A DNA stretch of 64,000 bases from Phoronis australis (GCA_002633005.1 NMRA01000313.1:396991-460990), one strand, 5' to 3'; counted from the first letter of the stretch, positions 1-14,796 are shown. Numbers and translations: made by a program. The notes: generated by a model not told the origin, from the sequence alone.

Positions 1-1436
1 CGCTTTATCCACTCAAGCGCTCGACAACAACTAAACTTACGAGAGTCTCAGAACTCCCACATGCAAATTTGATATGCAAATGAGGGAGTACTTGACTACT
101 GCGCCATCTATACATCGACGGAAAAGCTTAAATACCCGTGACTGCGTGTGGGAAATTGCGATTGCGTGCGCTGAAGTTGATATTTTCAAAGTACAATTAC
201 ACCACTGTTTAAGGTTGCAAAGTGAGATTTTTTGATATCCTTCTATAGAAAAAGCTTTAATCTCTCTGATGAAATCATCTGTTTCCTTTTAAACGAAACT
301 TAAGTCCTAAAATTAGTCCAGGGAAGGAGGCCAAAAACGGCGGTTTAGCTAGTTGTCCCTTCCTGGTTATCTCTTCCTGGTATTACCCAGTATACTTTTT
401 GTAGATTTGCTGTTGATTGAATTATCGAGGCTAACTTGGTTACAGACCTCAAATTTCTAGCAAACTAACTAGTAACACCATCTAGTGCCCGGTTACGTAA
501 CTAGCTTATTTCAAGCTATATTATTTTTGGGAAATAAAATGACGACCCTGTCAACCAAACTTATTGAGTCTGTCTTTATCCACTATTAAATCTACCCAAA
601 CCTACGGGCTGTCTCTCGAAGAGGCTATAATGTCATTTGACTTCTGGCTATAAATCAGTCTCTAGATGGCGTCACCTGTTTCATGAAACCGACCTAAAGC
701 TAAAAGTCAGAAAATCTCTACAACTCAAATCCAAAAGACAGAAATCTGTTGCCTGTTTGGAGCTGACTAAAAGCTTAATGACAAATAACTTCTGGTTAAA
801 GACTCTTGGAGAAGCAAGCCCCAGAAATCACATATGGAACAAAGACTATAATTTATGATATGTGGTCTGAGGCGAAAGCTATTGTAGCTTTAAACTACTA
901 GTTGAACACTAGGTTATTGATAACATTTTTATGTCTCGTATTAATAATTTAATAAATTTCTGACTGCATTATAGTCACTGATTAACTATAATTAGGGTAC
1001 AAATATCTTATCTTAAAATGCGCAAATAATTTTGTCGCGTGCATGATCTTGTGGTCGGAGTGTAGTGGTTAACTAAAACTGTATTGTTTGGTAGTGCGTC
1101 AGTCAAAGTGCATTCATTTGAACACTGTCGGTGTGGTCTGAGTCCTTCAGCTTCACAATCGCAGTTATAATCATTAAATGACAGTTGTTTAGTCCTTACT
1201 TCTCATATAATCATGCACAATGTTATCAGTCATACTGTCTGATTTGTGTTTGCCAGTGACACCTTGTGGCAACACTGCATGCATACAATCGTTTTAAAAA
1301 AATTGCCTAAATGATAAGGTTATGGGTTGTTTATGATGTAGTTTCAGTTATTAGCATTGCCTTGATAGATGGTATTCACTCTAGCAAACAGTGAATAGTT
1401 TGCAAACAGCGCTTAACAGATATTTCTGTCTCACAG

Positions 1437-4400
1437 ATTCTCACCCTTGAGAATGACCTCATGGAGGTGGAGCTAGACCGTGACAGACAAGCCAAGTCTG
1501 CTAAAAATGCTAAGGTGAAGTTGGCCGAGCTGGAACAAGACCGCAAGGACCTGGCGGATGAATACGTGGTGTTAAAGACCAACTATCTAAATCTGAATAA
1601 AGAGCACGACAGACAGGTAGCGTATTAAACGCTTACAATGACCTAGTGGGTCATGCGCTAGCCACTCCACGGTGACTAATCCTGGGCCCGGTCTCCAATC
1701 TCCGTACTCAGACTCATACTCATACTCGAGATTTCATACTCAAAATCGTGCTCACTGGAGTCGTACTCAAAAAAGCGTATCTAATGTCGTATTCCGAGTA
1801 GACTCCAAACGTACTCAAATCTGACTCTCATACTCGAGTTGCTATGGAACTCTTTATGATGTGAAATGCAAAATCACGCAAAGCCGCGCTGATTCATCGC
1901 TCCCTATTGGAATAGACCACCCCAAGAACAAGGCCTACATTATCGTCTGCTGTCTCTACAACTACAACAGTATGTCTATAACGTGGAATTCTGAGTGTTC
2001 TGTAACTGTTATTCATTTTTTAGTTTCAATAAATATTCTTGTGCCATTTCTTTGATACATTTGGCAATTATTAAACTTCACTTCTTGAGTTCCTCACCCA
2101 GTCCCGAAAATGTCTTTTAAAAGAAATATGTAACAGCTTATCACATCACATCTCTGTTGCTAATTTAGTCTTGACATAAAACCCATTGCTGTGTAGGCCT
2201 ACGCTGATGTCAAACTTTGATACTGTATTTTACCGGGATGTATCAAGTGAGTTGACATTTGGCACGTGAGTTAAAAAACAATACTTGTGCAGGCATTCAG
2301 AGTTCACCAGTGGCAGTGAACGAGACGAGACGTCTACTTAGAAATTGGCAAACAAAATCTGGAATTCCGAGTCCATTTGGGGATGGGAAGCGAACTGTTT
2401 TTAACTTCCCTCCCCTCCTCGTCTTTTGGAAACCCTACAAAACGTAGGCACACATACCGAAATAAGGGCAGCACAAACTTCTCACACGACTTTTCCCACA
2501 ACTGCTTTCGACGCTTGTTATGACTCGCCGACAAGGGATTACTGAATGCGCCTGTTGCCAGGAATTGTAGAGGTAGAATGGCGGCCATAACATACAGTGA
2601 TACGGCGGGTTAATAAGGTGAAGAATAAGAAGATTTAAGATGAAAATTATTATCTCTGAACTGAAATTGACGTGCTGAGATACGGTAAGAGGACTTATTT
2701 TTTTAGATTTGCTGTGTTTCTTGGTTCCCTTTCGATATTTTGTTCTCTGGCTCGTATTTATTTTCGAGTACGATTTCAAGCACACTGCCATAGCAAACTT
2801 GAAATTTGAGCATAGACTCCGAATTTTTACTCAAAATCGTACTCGAAATATAGATGAGATACACTTCATTTCGAGTACACTCGAAAACTGAGTACGTGCT
2901 CGAAATTTCGAGTACAGATTTTTCGAGTATGACATTGAATACACCAAAGCTGAGTCTGTACTCGAGTTGAGTATGAAGTGTGAGTTTGAGCATGATTCGA
3001 GTCTGAGTACGGAGATTGGAGACCGGGCCCTGGATTCAATTCCTTGTCTGGATATCCTATTACTACCTAGACTTTAAGCTGTGCTTCGATGTTTTCTTTG
3101 AGAGCACTGTCCCATTCTTTGTCGCGATTTTAAGAAGGAAAAGAGGGCCCAGGCATCAATTGTGCAGTCACTGTTTAATCCTGGCTGTATTTGGATTGAG
3201 GTACACACACCATGGTAAATACGTATTGTTAAGGGCTTGGCTTAATAAGCACTATATAAACAAAGTTGGCATTGCTATTTTGATACTTAAAGGTATTGTT
3301 ATGATCAAAGGCTATGTTTGGTTTGGATTTATTCAATATGTTAACATCAGTGTCACTTATATTAAAAAAAAACTTCTCCAACTTAGTATCAAATTTTCGA
3401 TGTACTGAATGTTTCTCTATATCAATCACTCTTCAAACTCAAAAAGTGAGGTATGTCAATAATACTGGGTTGTGTTTCATGAAACGTGATTGGAGATTTG
3501 AATCAGACATTTTGATGTTACTCTCCATACATCTATTCAAAAAAATAATTAATTTAAAATCTCACTTGAGCAAAAAAACTGATTCATAATATACACCTAA
3601 AATTCTAATTACTGACAAAATTTCTATTATTATTTCTATTCTGTGATGCACTCATAATTACTTGGCTAAACCATTATTCCGTATTTGCAAAGTGAGAGCC
3701 AAAGGCCAAATGTCTGTTGTAAGTCTGAAGTCACTTTCATGAAACAGACTAGTGTTTTATATTGGAAAGATATGGCAGTCAAGTATTGTTTGTGACAGAA
3801 ACAGACCTGGAATATTCATTAAGTTTTGAATTAGCTTTACTTTACTTTAGGCCAAGCAAAACAGACCCTTGAATATTCATTAAGTTTTAAATTAGCTTTA
3901 CTTTACTTTAGGCCAAGCAAAATGAAGAGCTCAGCATAGAGTTACTGAACTTGGCTAATGCTAAGGCCACTCTGTCACGCCAGACAGACAATATGCAGAT
4001 GGCTTCTGGTTACCAAGGAGATGAGAGGTCAGAGGTCGACAGACTCCGTCACGTTGTTAGTAGAATGAGTACAAGGCCGTACAAGGTAGCAATCAATATT
4101 TTAACTGCAGACTTAAATAGAAACAAATGTCTAGTCAATTTTTTGCTTTTTCATAGACAACTAGAAGGTAATCCTGGGAATGCAGACCTCTGACAACGCA
4201 GTTCCTCTATAACACTTACATTGCTCCTGTATCATTGTTTATTTAATGTACAGATTCGGCCGAAAAAGCATAATTGTTTCTGGTCATTACCCTACTTGTT
4301 TTGAGTCATGCGCTCACTAGCTAAAAATATAGAAAACTAAAGCTGCAAAAGGCCTATTAGTGAGGGCAAGGTTAGGTTTGAAAGGCCCATTAGTGAGGGT

Positions 4401-7400
4401 GAGCAAGGTTTTAAATGCCACAATTTGCCAAGTGGTGCGCATCATGTTTGCTTGTCTCAATAAATTTTACACCACTGACTTAATTGTTAATAAGTCACAG
4501 ACCACCAACTATGCTTTTTGGGCTGTTGCTAAAATTTGGAATTTGCTGAATCCATCTCAATCAAACATGGCAGGTATCCATTATGTTGAAGTCCACCAGT
4601 TTTCACTACTGACTGTGTGAAATGTCTCAATCTTTAACTAAACCTTGTTGGCATTAGTTTTGATATTCATTTTCAAACCATTTAGAATTTAAATAACATT
4701 TCTGTGTAACGGTTACAGGTTGATGAAGTGAAGGCTGGTGAGCGGGAAGTGGTGGAGAGAAATGTAAGTCTTTGTTACATATAACAAAGTTCATTTAGTT
4801 ATTTTATAAGGGGTAATTACAGATCCGTTTATTGAGTCACTTGAGAATACCAATGAAAGTTTAAAGATTGCAGTTATTTGCAGTCTTTGTTTATATATTG
4901 TATGGAAAATTTTCAGAAATCAAAAATTGACTTCTTAATTCTCTTGTTTTTGTTAAAAAATTAAAGTTATAGTCACTAAAAGCACCTGCTAGTTACCCCA
5001 TCTAGTGTTTCATCGTGGAACCACTCTTTCCTTTCAACTGTTAGTCGTAATGTGCTTCCACTGCATAAAATAATGACCCAAAAGTTCTAATTTGAGTCCT
5101 GACTTCAGCAATAGCAATTTATAAGTTTTGGCTAGCCCAGAAATTGTATCTCACCTTACATAGGTACAGGTTAAGACCAATTTTTACAGGAAGTGGCATA
5201 ATTCGAAATTTATTGCTTTCGACATTGGAATCAAGCCATTGAAAGCAGGTGGATAGGGCTTGGATTAGGGCTTGGATTTTTGTTGCGGACATGACTGTGC
5301 GAGTGTAATTGAATTTTCTTTTTTCGTGTGGTCGCAGTTTGTGATTCTGAACTGCGTGGTTGTTGCTAGTAAGCTGATTTTGACGTGTTGTAGTTGTTTG
5401 GAAACCAGCGCCATTTTGAAGGTGAGATGGAAAGGCTAAAGAATACATATGACGATCAGCAAACGAAGTTGGAGGCTAAACTGTAAGTGTGGAGAAGCAA
5501 AGGAGAAGGAAATTTAGATCACTTCGAAACACCGTATTTCAGAAATGTCTGAGGGGGTTCAAATGAAACTTTCAGATACCGTCGTTTATGCACTGGTCTC
5601 CAAAATGCTGTTAGAAATTGTTCCTTTAAAATAGTTCACTTTTGCAAGAGTGGCTACCAAAAATAGGACTTGTATGTTCGTTATGAAAAGGGTTGCATGA
5701 AACGGAATGATAATTTAGAAAACTACAGTAATAGCGTTTCGGAGACTTCATCTTGATCATTTATATTTAAACAAAATTTGATCACATTATTGATGTTGTT
5801 GTTTTACTACCCAATCAATGACAGATTCGGTTAAAATCAAAGACTTGTTTTCTTTTCAGGATATATAAACTTTCACTAAGTTAAGTTTTATAGTTTTGTT
5901 TATGTTTGGCTGATTGCACAGGCTTGTGGATAAGGTTCAAACAAAGATAAATCTTATCAATGTCTTAAAGAAGTCTGTTTAATTTCACAATATTTTTATT
6001 GAAACTGCCATGCAAATGTTGGCTTAAAAGTGGAATCAACAAAATGCAATTTTCCATTTCGTGCTGTTTTGGCATCAGCTTCCATTTCCACTTTGTCTGT
6101 CGATGAAATTCTATAAAATCTGCCATTTTGCAATGGCTTAATTATATAGGTACATTTCTCCTAGTACCAGAAATTTCCCTTGTTTACATTTCCCTTCAGA
6201 GGATTTTCACTGCTTTTGTTTGTCCTTGTGGCAGTTTTATTTCTTTGTTTACTGCACAGGCCCTTGAATCTGTCTGTTCCTTGTACTCACCACAGGCACC
6301 AACACTGTGTAATACTTACATAAAAACATGTGTCTCTTATGTGGTTATGAGTCATTGGAAAATTCATGTGCCTGTGGTTTATTGTGTTTAGCAATGCTGA
6401 TCATCTGATACTCATTTTTTATACTTGAACTCTTATGCCTTTTGAATCACAGCAAGTGGTTCACATTGGTGTTTTGTGTTGTTCATGTTTGAAATTAATT
6501 TTGAAAATTTATGTGACATAATGTATTGTTTTGATTTTCAGGGGTGATTTGAGGAAAGAGCTCCAGGAAACGAGGAACCTTGCAAGAGAACGCCAACAGA
6601 AAATAGCTGAACTTAACGCGGTAAGATTATGAGGACAGACAAATTAGCCATCTTGTACAATGTTTCAAATATTGAACGAGACTGATCAGTCTTTGTTATT
6701 TGTCTTAGAAAGTTTGTTGTGCGTCAGTGTGAGATATCATTGACCGCTTTGTTGATACGCAGTTGCAAGAAACTACATATTATTCAGTCTCTAGGCAAGT
6801 GTTATTGCTTTACCAACTCTTTTTGATCGTGGATGGGCTTATCTACCCTTACAATGTTAGTACAGCTATGACAATTCTCCACTTATGTCGCAAAAACCAA
6901 TTGCCAAAATTATTGTTTTTCCATTTTTCAAAAGCTGATTACTTTAGTTGCTACAAATAGTGGAAAGTTTTCCAAATGTGGTTTTATGACATCTACACAG
7001 CACAAGCCATGCTATTAATAGTCTAAATTTTCCCTAATCTTTATTTTTGTGGAGAAATTTAACAAAATAGAATTTCACTTGTCGACAATTTTGTGTGCTA
7101 AATAATTGAAGAAGTGCGGTAAAGTACAAAACCGTGTTATAAAAAAAACATGTCAATGTTTATTCCAGGTAGATTGTACAATCATTATGTAATCCTTAAT
7201 TTTTTTACTGTTTAGAAACTCATCACAACAACTAGTACGAAGGAACAGCTTCAGACGCAGGTCAACAGGGCGCAGCACAAGATGAAGGATTTGAATGAAG
7301 AGTATCGGTCACGGCTTATTAAATATGTTGAAGACATTTCGGTAACTCGTTCGTTTTGATCATCTCGAGTTTGTTTTGTTACAAAATTTGTCAGGCAGTG

Positions 7401-10400
7401 AAATGTATTTCTTAGCCTGATTTCAAAATGAAAAAATTTGATTGAGTCAAAAATGTTTTAGTTGTTGTGATTGTTGAGATTCTTAATGGGTTTTTTTCTA
7501 AAATGTCTCTGCAATCACTAATCATAAAGAGTCTCATTTGTTTCTTTCACTATGTTAAGGTCATACTGACTACAAAGTAAATTTTGGCATTTGTTTTTTT
7601 TTTTAAGTTTTCACTTTTCACACAATAGACTCAAATTTAAAGCAGTTTAACCATTAGAACGTATGGCAGAAATTATGATCAAAATCAGAAAAAAGGTATT
7701 GTTTAGTATATTAAAGTAATTAGCCAAAAATGTGCACTGAAAGATTTAACAATTTAACAAACTCCAGTGTAATTGTTATCAAAAATAGTATAAGAAATCA
7801 GAAGAAAATTATTGTAAATCTTTACTAGCCAAAAATTTCCTTAAACTGTTGATTTTTTGATGAGAAGATATTTGTAAAAAATTTTAAATACGATTTTAGC
7901 TCTACGTTGACGGTGGTGTTGGTATTCCTAACCCTGATCAGACCAGCGAACAGATGACTGCCTTCGTGAAGAAAATGTTGCAGGATATTCGTTCGGCGCA
8001 CAAAATTCGCGAAGAACAGCTTAGTCAAGCAGCTAAGACATACAAGGAGCGAGTGAATGAGGTCCTGAGGAGACATGAGGAGTTGTTGATAGCGTACAGG
8101 TACTTGACTTGATGGCGCAATGTATTTATTGTCGTCGTGTGTTAACAATAGGTGGCACTAGGTGGTGGAGTAAACACCGTAGCTCATTGTTGTCTTGGCT
8201 TTGTGACATTCTTGTATTAGCTTTATGTGGGTGGTATTTTCAAACAGTATTGAGGTGGTTTCAACTTCACATGACACCCGCAAAAAGTGACCACAATATG
8301 TCTGCCAACAGTAAAATTTCACCAGTGAGATTACAAGGCAATATGGGAGACAACCGGAACATAAAGTAGCATAAAAAGTATACTTTGTCTTTTTTCAAGT
8401 GATCGATGCCTTTGAAGTCTATGGTCAAGCCACGGGGGTTCTCCATTTATTCTAAACTGTCACTAGTAGGTATTTTAATCGGTGTTCATATTTGTTTTTG
8501 CAACAATAGCAAAAGTGTATTCATTTCTTAAAAGCACAAAGTTCAAAGTATGTTGCATCCCTCGGACGCACAAAGTGGTTGCTTTCGTCAATGCCCACCT
8601 TTCTAGAAGAGGGCAGTTTTAGCCTCGACCATGAGGGTTGAGTATATAAAAGATGTCTAATTTTACTTCAATGTCACATGTGTTATCCAGTCCTGCGGAG
8701 ACCATGGGCACATAATTTTGTGGGTAATAGTTCCAAGTAAAATGCTTGCATGTTGAGAACCAGTTTTCTACACTTAGTAACCGGCATCAAACTGGTTCTC
8801 AAAATGTGGGCAGGTTATATCCACTATTGCCATTCTGTGGATAAAATTTTAACACTGGCAAGTTGTGTCTCTCAAGGATGCTGAAAGACCAGTTGAAAAA
8901 CAGTGGTCTAGAGGACGTAGGTCCAGATGAATGGCTACTCCAGATGACTGACTCAGAGCTGCAGTCAGCACAGCAGAGGGAGGTGGCACGGCTACAGGAA
9001 CAGCTGAGAACAGTGAAGAATGAGAATGAGTCATTGAGGAACAGCCGAGTGAGTTGTGTACAATTGGCCAATCACAAGAGTAGTGCCATTCAATTCAATC
9101 AAATGGTATCTGTGTACAGTCGTACCATGGTTACGACATTGAATATGATGACTTATGATGGGCATACTTCTATGGTTTCCAAATTTATTCCTCCCGTAAT
9201 TACCATGAGATACAGACATGCGCTGTGCAAACCGTTCACAGGTTCGACTTTCTCAAGGGAAGACTCGTTTCCCCCAGTAAGTTGGTGTCATGCAATTCTT
9301 ATGCGATCATGCTCAGCCTTGCATAATTCTTTGCTACTGAGCCCATTCAAATAATGTAAGATGGACGTCGTGTCATATGGCATGGTTTTTGTTTTTGGAC
9401 CGAGTTCACCGAATGTGATTCAACCAACCAGTAAACCACATGCTACCAGGAACTTGAATTGACTATGTGGTTTTTAACAGTCAGGTTATTGCTTAATTTT
9501 TACAGAAAGAAACCAGAACTGGAGACTTCTTCTATACAGTGGAATACAGTGTCTGGAAAGATCAAAATGAAGTCAAAGTTCACAATTTTAGGAATCGCAT
9601 TGCTTTCTTTAGACATAGCCAGTTTTTACTTTATCACATGAATCGATTTCCTAGCTCACTCACAACTAGAAACGCATAGAATATCTGAATCTAAAACTTT
9701 TGTGAATCATGAGCAGTAATTTTGGACGAGATGTAAAAGGAGATCATTCCGCCTTAGGTTTGACCAATATTATCAGTGCCAGATATGTACTGCGATTGCA
9801 GCCACTTTTTGTTCACATGCTATCAAAAACCTAGTTTCGTTCATGACTCCATGAACTCAAAATATAAGAGTAATTTGAGACATTTGATACTAAACAATGG
9901 CTGAGGTATTAACCCATGAACCGTATGCTAGTGAAATAAGGCTTAGATGACGTGATTTTTTGAGGTGTTCAAGGCAATTACATAACATGACACCGTTAAG
10001 GTTGCTTGAAGCACGTTCAGCTTGGGAATTAGGTATGCAATCTTTATTTAGTTTACAAATTAATTTGCATTTAAAAATGCATGTTTCGAACCTTTATCAA
10101 AAGCCATTTATTGTTATATCTCTGTTGCTTCTTTCTTTATAGTATCAGAACAGTGGGCCCTCTGGATCAACTGGAATCCTCAAGAAATCTGGCCCTAACG
10201 TGACGTAAGTTTCATTATTCATTGCATACTAAATAAATGCTTTATGCAATCGACATGTTGTTATACCGCGCTCCTACAGGATAAGTGGAATTTTTGTTAA
10301 CTTGTAATATTGATGAAGATATCAGGGTCCGTTCCATTTACTAAACTTTAAAACAAGATTATGTTCTTTCCAAAACCAAAGAATGTTAGGAAGCATCGCC

Positions 10401-12373
10401 TTGAATTGTAGAAAATTGATGTTAGTTAGTCGTATGGAGTGTGGCCATAAAATGAAAAAAAAAAAGATTTTAACTTGCAAATCACTATTTACAGAAGACA
10501 TTTTTGAATTAAACTGTAAGTACAGAGGTGATATCAGTAACATGTCCAAGATGAAATATCAAAACCGCTGCTACAGTATTCTAAATTATCAGCTAGTTCT
10601 TGTTCATGCGACTTTGTTGAGTTTTTTCATAAAAAGTCATGGACGTCCTATTTTTGATAGTCCCACGTGCAAAAATTTAACCATTTAAAGTTATTTCTAA
10701 CACCGTTTAGGAGAACAGTGCATGAATCATAAAATTTTCATACGAATCCCATTAGTAATTTCTGTCCAGAGATATGATGTGCCAAACTTTAAGCCAAATT
10801 TGGACATTCTTCTAGGGTTGTACGTATTTAACCTTGATAGTGCCTTTTCATTGGCCAGAATAAAAGCTTGAACTTTTACTTATAATAATAACTGTCTTGC
10901 ACATTGATAAAATATGGTCTCGCACATTGCCATTTAAGCTCGTCCCTGTAGCAAAAATGCTACAAAATCAATGCAAGTTTTGGACAATAAACAGGCAACT
11001 GCAATGCCATTTAGCGCTTAGGCTGGCAACCAGCAGGGATCAGACCAGTGCTTTTAACTTATCAGCTGCTCCTGGTAAAATATTTTTCCCAGATCTTGTG
11101 CTTTATTTCTGTACTTTGGGAAAAATTAAGTCTACGTTATGATACTATGATGTTCGGCATTAGATTTGACGATACACAATCGACGGATAACTGGCCGGCT
11201 CTGCGTAAGAAGTTGAGGGAGTTCACACTGAACACACAGGCTCAGTTGGAGGACGAGAGAGCTCGATTACTGAGCGAAAACCACATTCTGAAAGAGCAGC
11301 TGAATGAATCTCAACAGTACATCGACAGTCACCTAGTCAGGTAATGCCTGTTTTGTAGGCTTTGGGCCTGTGTGCATTACTGATTAGCACAAATGCTGGA
11401 TGTCTTAACCAGATGTTTAGTCATGTATTGGCCAGATATTTGTGTATCCCAACAATAGTAAGATGACTTACCAAAATGCAACAATTCTCAAAGGGGATCT
11501 TTTGAGTTTGTGGTGCAAACTTTTTGTGGAGATAAGGACATGTTATGTGCACTGAGGATTGTGGGAAATTGCCTTCTTTGCAGTAGATGAAATTTCCAGT
11601 CAGCAGGCAGCAACAAGAGATATTCTAAGCGCATGTATGAGAAACCGTGGAAGGTTTTCATATATTGGAAAGTGATAAAGCATCATAGGGCTTACTGTAC
11701 TTTTCAAAAATATTTGGCAAATCAAAGTCAATGATGTTTTGGGATGTTTTTAATTAATGATGTACAATTTTTTCGTCAGATTTCATACATGAATTTTGAC
11801 AACTCAGATGAAACTTTCTCTCAAATTTTGACAAAATTATTCTTTTTGAGAACTACAGCAGCACTGCAAACTGTGCATATCTATTAACAACACTATTTTG
11901 TTTCTATCATTAATCGAATTTATGATTCGTGCTCTGCTTACTGTTTAAAAGCAAATTTATTTATTATAAACAAATTTTATGTTTCTGTTGTTAGTATTAA
12001 CTCTTTTACTCTAAAACTTTTGTGTTTCGGAAAATAGAAGGCTGGTTCAGATGGTTGCACAGTAGTTCTATAGAGATTTTAACAAGATGCATGACAAAGT
12101 CAAGTTCTCACGGATCGTAAACATTTCTATGGAAATAATCTCATCAATTTTGTGGGGTTTTCAGATGATTGTCCCAAGCACCAAGATGAATGTCTGTGTC
12201 AATGACTAAATTGTGTGGAAAAGTTATCCAATAAGTCTATGTTTTAATGTATTCACAGATACAAGCAAGAGATTGTTCGTTTACGAAGGATGCTGGGCAT
12301 TGACGAAGATGGAAGAATTGGTTCAGGTAGTCCATTGGTGAAGTCTAAAGGGAGAACAAAGACAGGACCTTGA
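1437..12373 (+). CDS. CCDC78: Coiled-coil domain-containing protein 78-like (5'-incomplete; upstream exons lie outside the window)
   Basis: GT-AG exons with consistent phases: 1437-1616, 3912-4085, 4719-4763, 5394-5482, 6542-6620, 7216-7341, 7900-8099, 8877-9048, 10143-10204, 11164-11340, 12259-12373 (TGA). Translation includes MLQDIRSAHKIREEQLSQAAKTYKERVNEVLRRHEELLIAYR and WPALRKKLREFTLNTQAQLEDERARLL...QQYIDSHLVRYKQEIVRLRRML, matching my recollection of the CCDC78 motifs DIRAAHRSREQQLARAA...RRHEELLVAYR and QEYVDQHLGRYKHEILRLRKL. Confidence 0.85.
1685..3029. mobile_element. Non-autonomous PIF/Harbinger-type DNA transposon (1.35 kb)
   Basis: Perfect TIR GGCCCGGTCTCCAATCTCCGTACTCAGACTC / GAGTCTGAGTACGGAGATTGGAGACCGGGCC; 3-bp TSD CTG (1682-84, 3030-32); many subterminal TACTC/GAGTA repeats. 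Confidence 0.85.
3468..3750. mobile_element. Degenerate MITE with (GTC)TGTTTCATGAAA termini
   Basis: TGTTTCATGAAACGTGA...TCACTTTCATGAAACA inverted ends; the same motif recurs at ~677 and ~18421. Confidence 0.45.
3799..3921 (+). repeat. ~61-bp tandem duplication including the CCDC78 exon acceptor
   Basis: ACAGACC..GAATATTCATTAAGTTTT.AATTAGCTTTACTTTACTTTAG GCCAAGCAAAA present twice; AGs at 3849-50 and 3910-11. Confidence 0.9.
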
Positions 12374-14662
12374 GGAATAACAGATATAGTCCTGGAGAGC
12401 GTTCCGTAGACCAAGTTCCATGTGAGAAAAGCAAGACATTGCAACAGCACGCATGTGAAAGTGTTTCGCGAGTATGCTCAAAAGCTTACCAGCCTATCCT
12501 AGAAAAATGGTATCCAGTGAGTGATTGGTCGGCGAGGTTGGACTGTTGAATTGTGGGATTGATTTCATCGTCTCCGTTACAAAAGCTGAGATTTTTTCCC
12601 CGCGAGTGCAAGCTAATGTCTTGTAGTCTACGGAACGTAGCTCCCACACTGCATTCTGTTGCTGGTCACAACCAACAAGGTTCTCATGACCGCATACTTT
12701 AGTAGCATTTTGGATAATATGAAAAGCTCCAATTCGGCTTGTTTTTGTGTGCAAGCCAAGTCAACCTATTGTGTGAACATGTACTAAACTGTATGACGTA
12801 CTATGGTTATCTCTGTTCCCTTTCACAAGATGCTTGTCACAAAAGTAAACAAACATATGGCTTTGTGCTCTCAAGATCCCATCCCTTCTGAATTGTTTTC
12901 AGTTCAGTTTACTTAGTCTTTGGGAAATGTGGTGCGCTCTTTTGTGACAAAGTCTTGAATTAAATTTAACGATTGTCATGGTGCTCCAATGGTCTTTTGT
13001 GTGTTGTGGAAGCCCATATCGGCAGTGCATATTGAACAGGTGTTATATGCTGGATATATAGATAAAATTAAAGTTCAATTTCATTTGTTATATTCTCCAA
13101 CCAGTTTCGGACAATAAAAATTTATTATTTGTTCAAGGTGCGTACTTGTACCAAATGTTAGAAGCAAGCAATATTGGCATTCCAAATTCATGAATTTCGA
13201 TATAGTTATTCACCACTACAATATTACACTGCGGGACACATGGATATGCTGTATGGACAGATTTTTTGACAATTTCATGAATTGCCAAGTCTATTTTCAG
13301 ATTCTGTAGATACAAACTAATGCTAAACTCTCCTGTGTCCCAATCTTCAGAATCAAAACAATCAATTTCGGCTTGAATTTTGGCGTCACAAATTTGAGAG
13401 GCTGTCCCAATTTGGAGAATTTTTACCATAATGCTTTTTAGTATTGTGCATATCCAAAAACTTCCTAATTTACAAACTGTTGCATTGATGTATAAGATGG
13501 AGATATACAGGGTATATGTAAATTATCCATCTTGTATTGGATTTTATGATGGTCCTACAAAGCATGCTAAGAGTGCTCATTTTGAATGTATTGTCTACGT
13601 GCAAATGTTGCTCTTGGTAATAGAAACAAGTTCTTTCATCCATTTGGTCTCGGTTCCTTTATAACTCAAACGTAATGTACCATTTTAATGCGCATGTCAT
13701 GCACGAGCAAAATATTTTATTTTGCATTCATCATCCGCAGCACCACCTTCCAATTAAAGCGACATAATCGTAGATAGGCACCGAATCAAGTCATACAAAG
13801 AATCGGGCGTTTTCCTCTTGGTCCATAGTTAAAAATGTAAAATTACTTGCAAACTTGCCGTATTGAAAACATCATTTCTCCCGACGCAAAATAAAGTATT
13901 CAAATATTATAAGTAGCATTTATGTTTAAGTATTTAATGTACAGTCCAAGACAAAAGTAATCAGACAAAATGCAGCTTATTTGTCATGATGGCTAATAGT
14001 GTTAATAACAAAAACGATTTGTAATAACTATTGCCGGGGTATGGTGGTAAAATTCTAATTACAGAATGGCTTACCAGTAATCATATTCCCAACCTTCCGT
14101 GTTAATTTACCCGTCATTCTCGGTCACTTTGACGGTGAATTCGGCTTCCGCCCAGCTGCCACGACGGGGAATTCGGGATTATTTTGCCTACTGTTGGCTT
14201 GTACTACAGTAAGTAATGAATAGCTGAATGTTGAGTAACCATGTGGCAGCAAGGAAAGTATTGTAATTTATTTACAAACACCTTTATTACCCCCAAAACT
14301 GTACATCATAAACCAAGAAATAACTTTTCATAATAAACTGAAACGAAGTGATAACATTTTCAAAACTATTCCTTCATATCAATCCTCAAGACAACACATT
14401 TGCGTAACATGGTCATAAAACCTAATCAATTCTCAGTTTCTTCACAACAGGGTCCCTAATATACCATATTACCCAATTTGCTAGGATACGTCAATAACCA
14501 ACCAAATTATTTACAATACGAATAAGATACAGAAAATAGAGAATGGCATTAAATTTAGCAAACAGGATTTTCAGATGACAAATTTTAAGTACAGTAAAAC
14601 TCGCCCAAGTCAGTTTAACTGAACTGAGAAACCAGAAATCTTTCTTAACGACAGAATACATA

Positions 14663-14796
14663 AATTGGCACAACTGTACTGCAGTACCAATTGGCACAAC
14701 TGTACTGCAGTACCAACTGGCCCAACTGTTCTGCAGTACCAACTGGCACAACTGTACTGCAGTACTAATTGCCACAACTGTACTGCAGTACCAATT
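14663..14796. repeat. 26-bp minisatellite x5
   Basis: Unit AATTGGCACAACTGTACTGCAGTACC, containing the palindrome GTACTGCAGTAC. Confidence 0.92.

Noticed and set aside
61-81. Tandem octamer motifs ATGCAAAT as an snRNA-gene enhancer
   Set aside because: No PSE or snRNA-like sequence recognised nearby; probably part of an intronic repeat truncated by the window edge.
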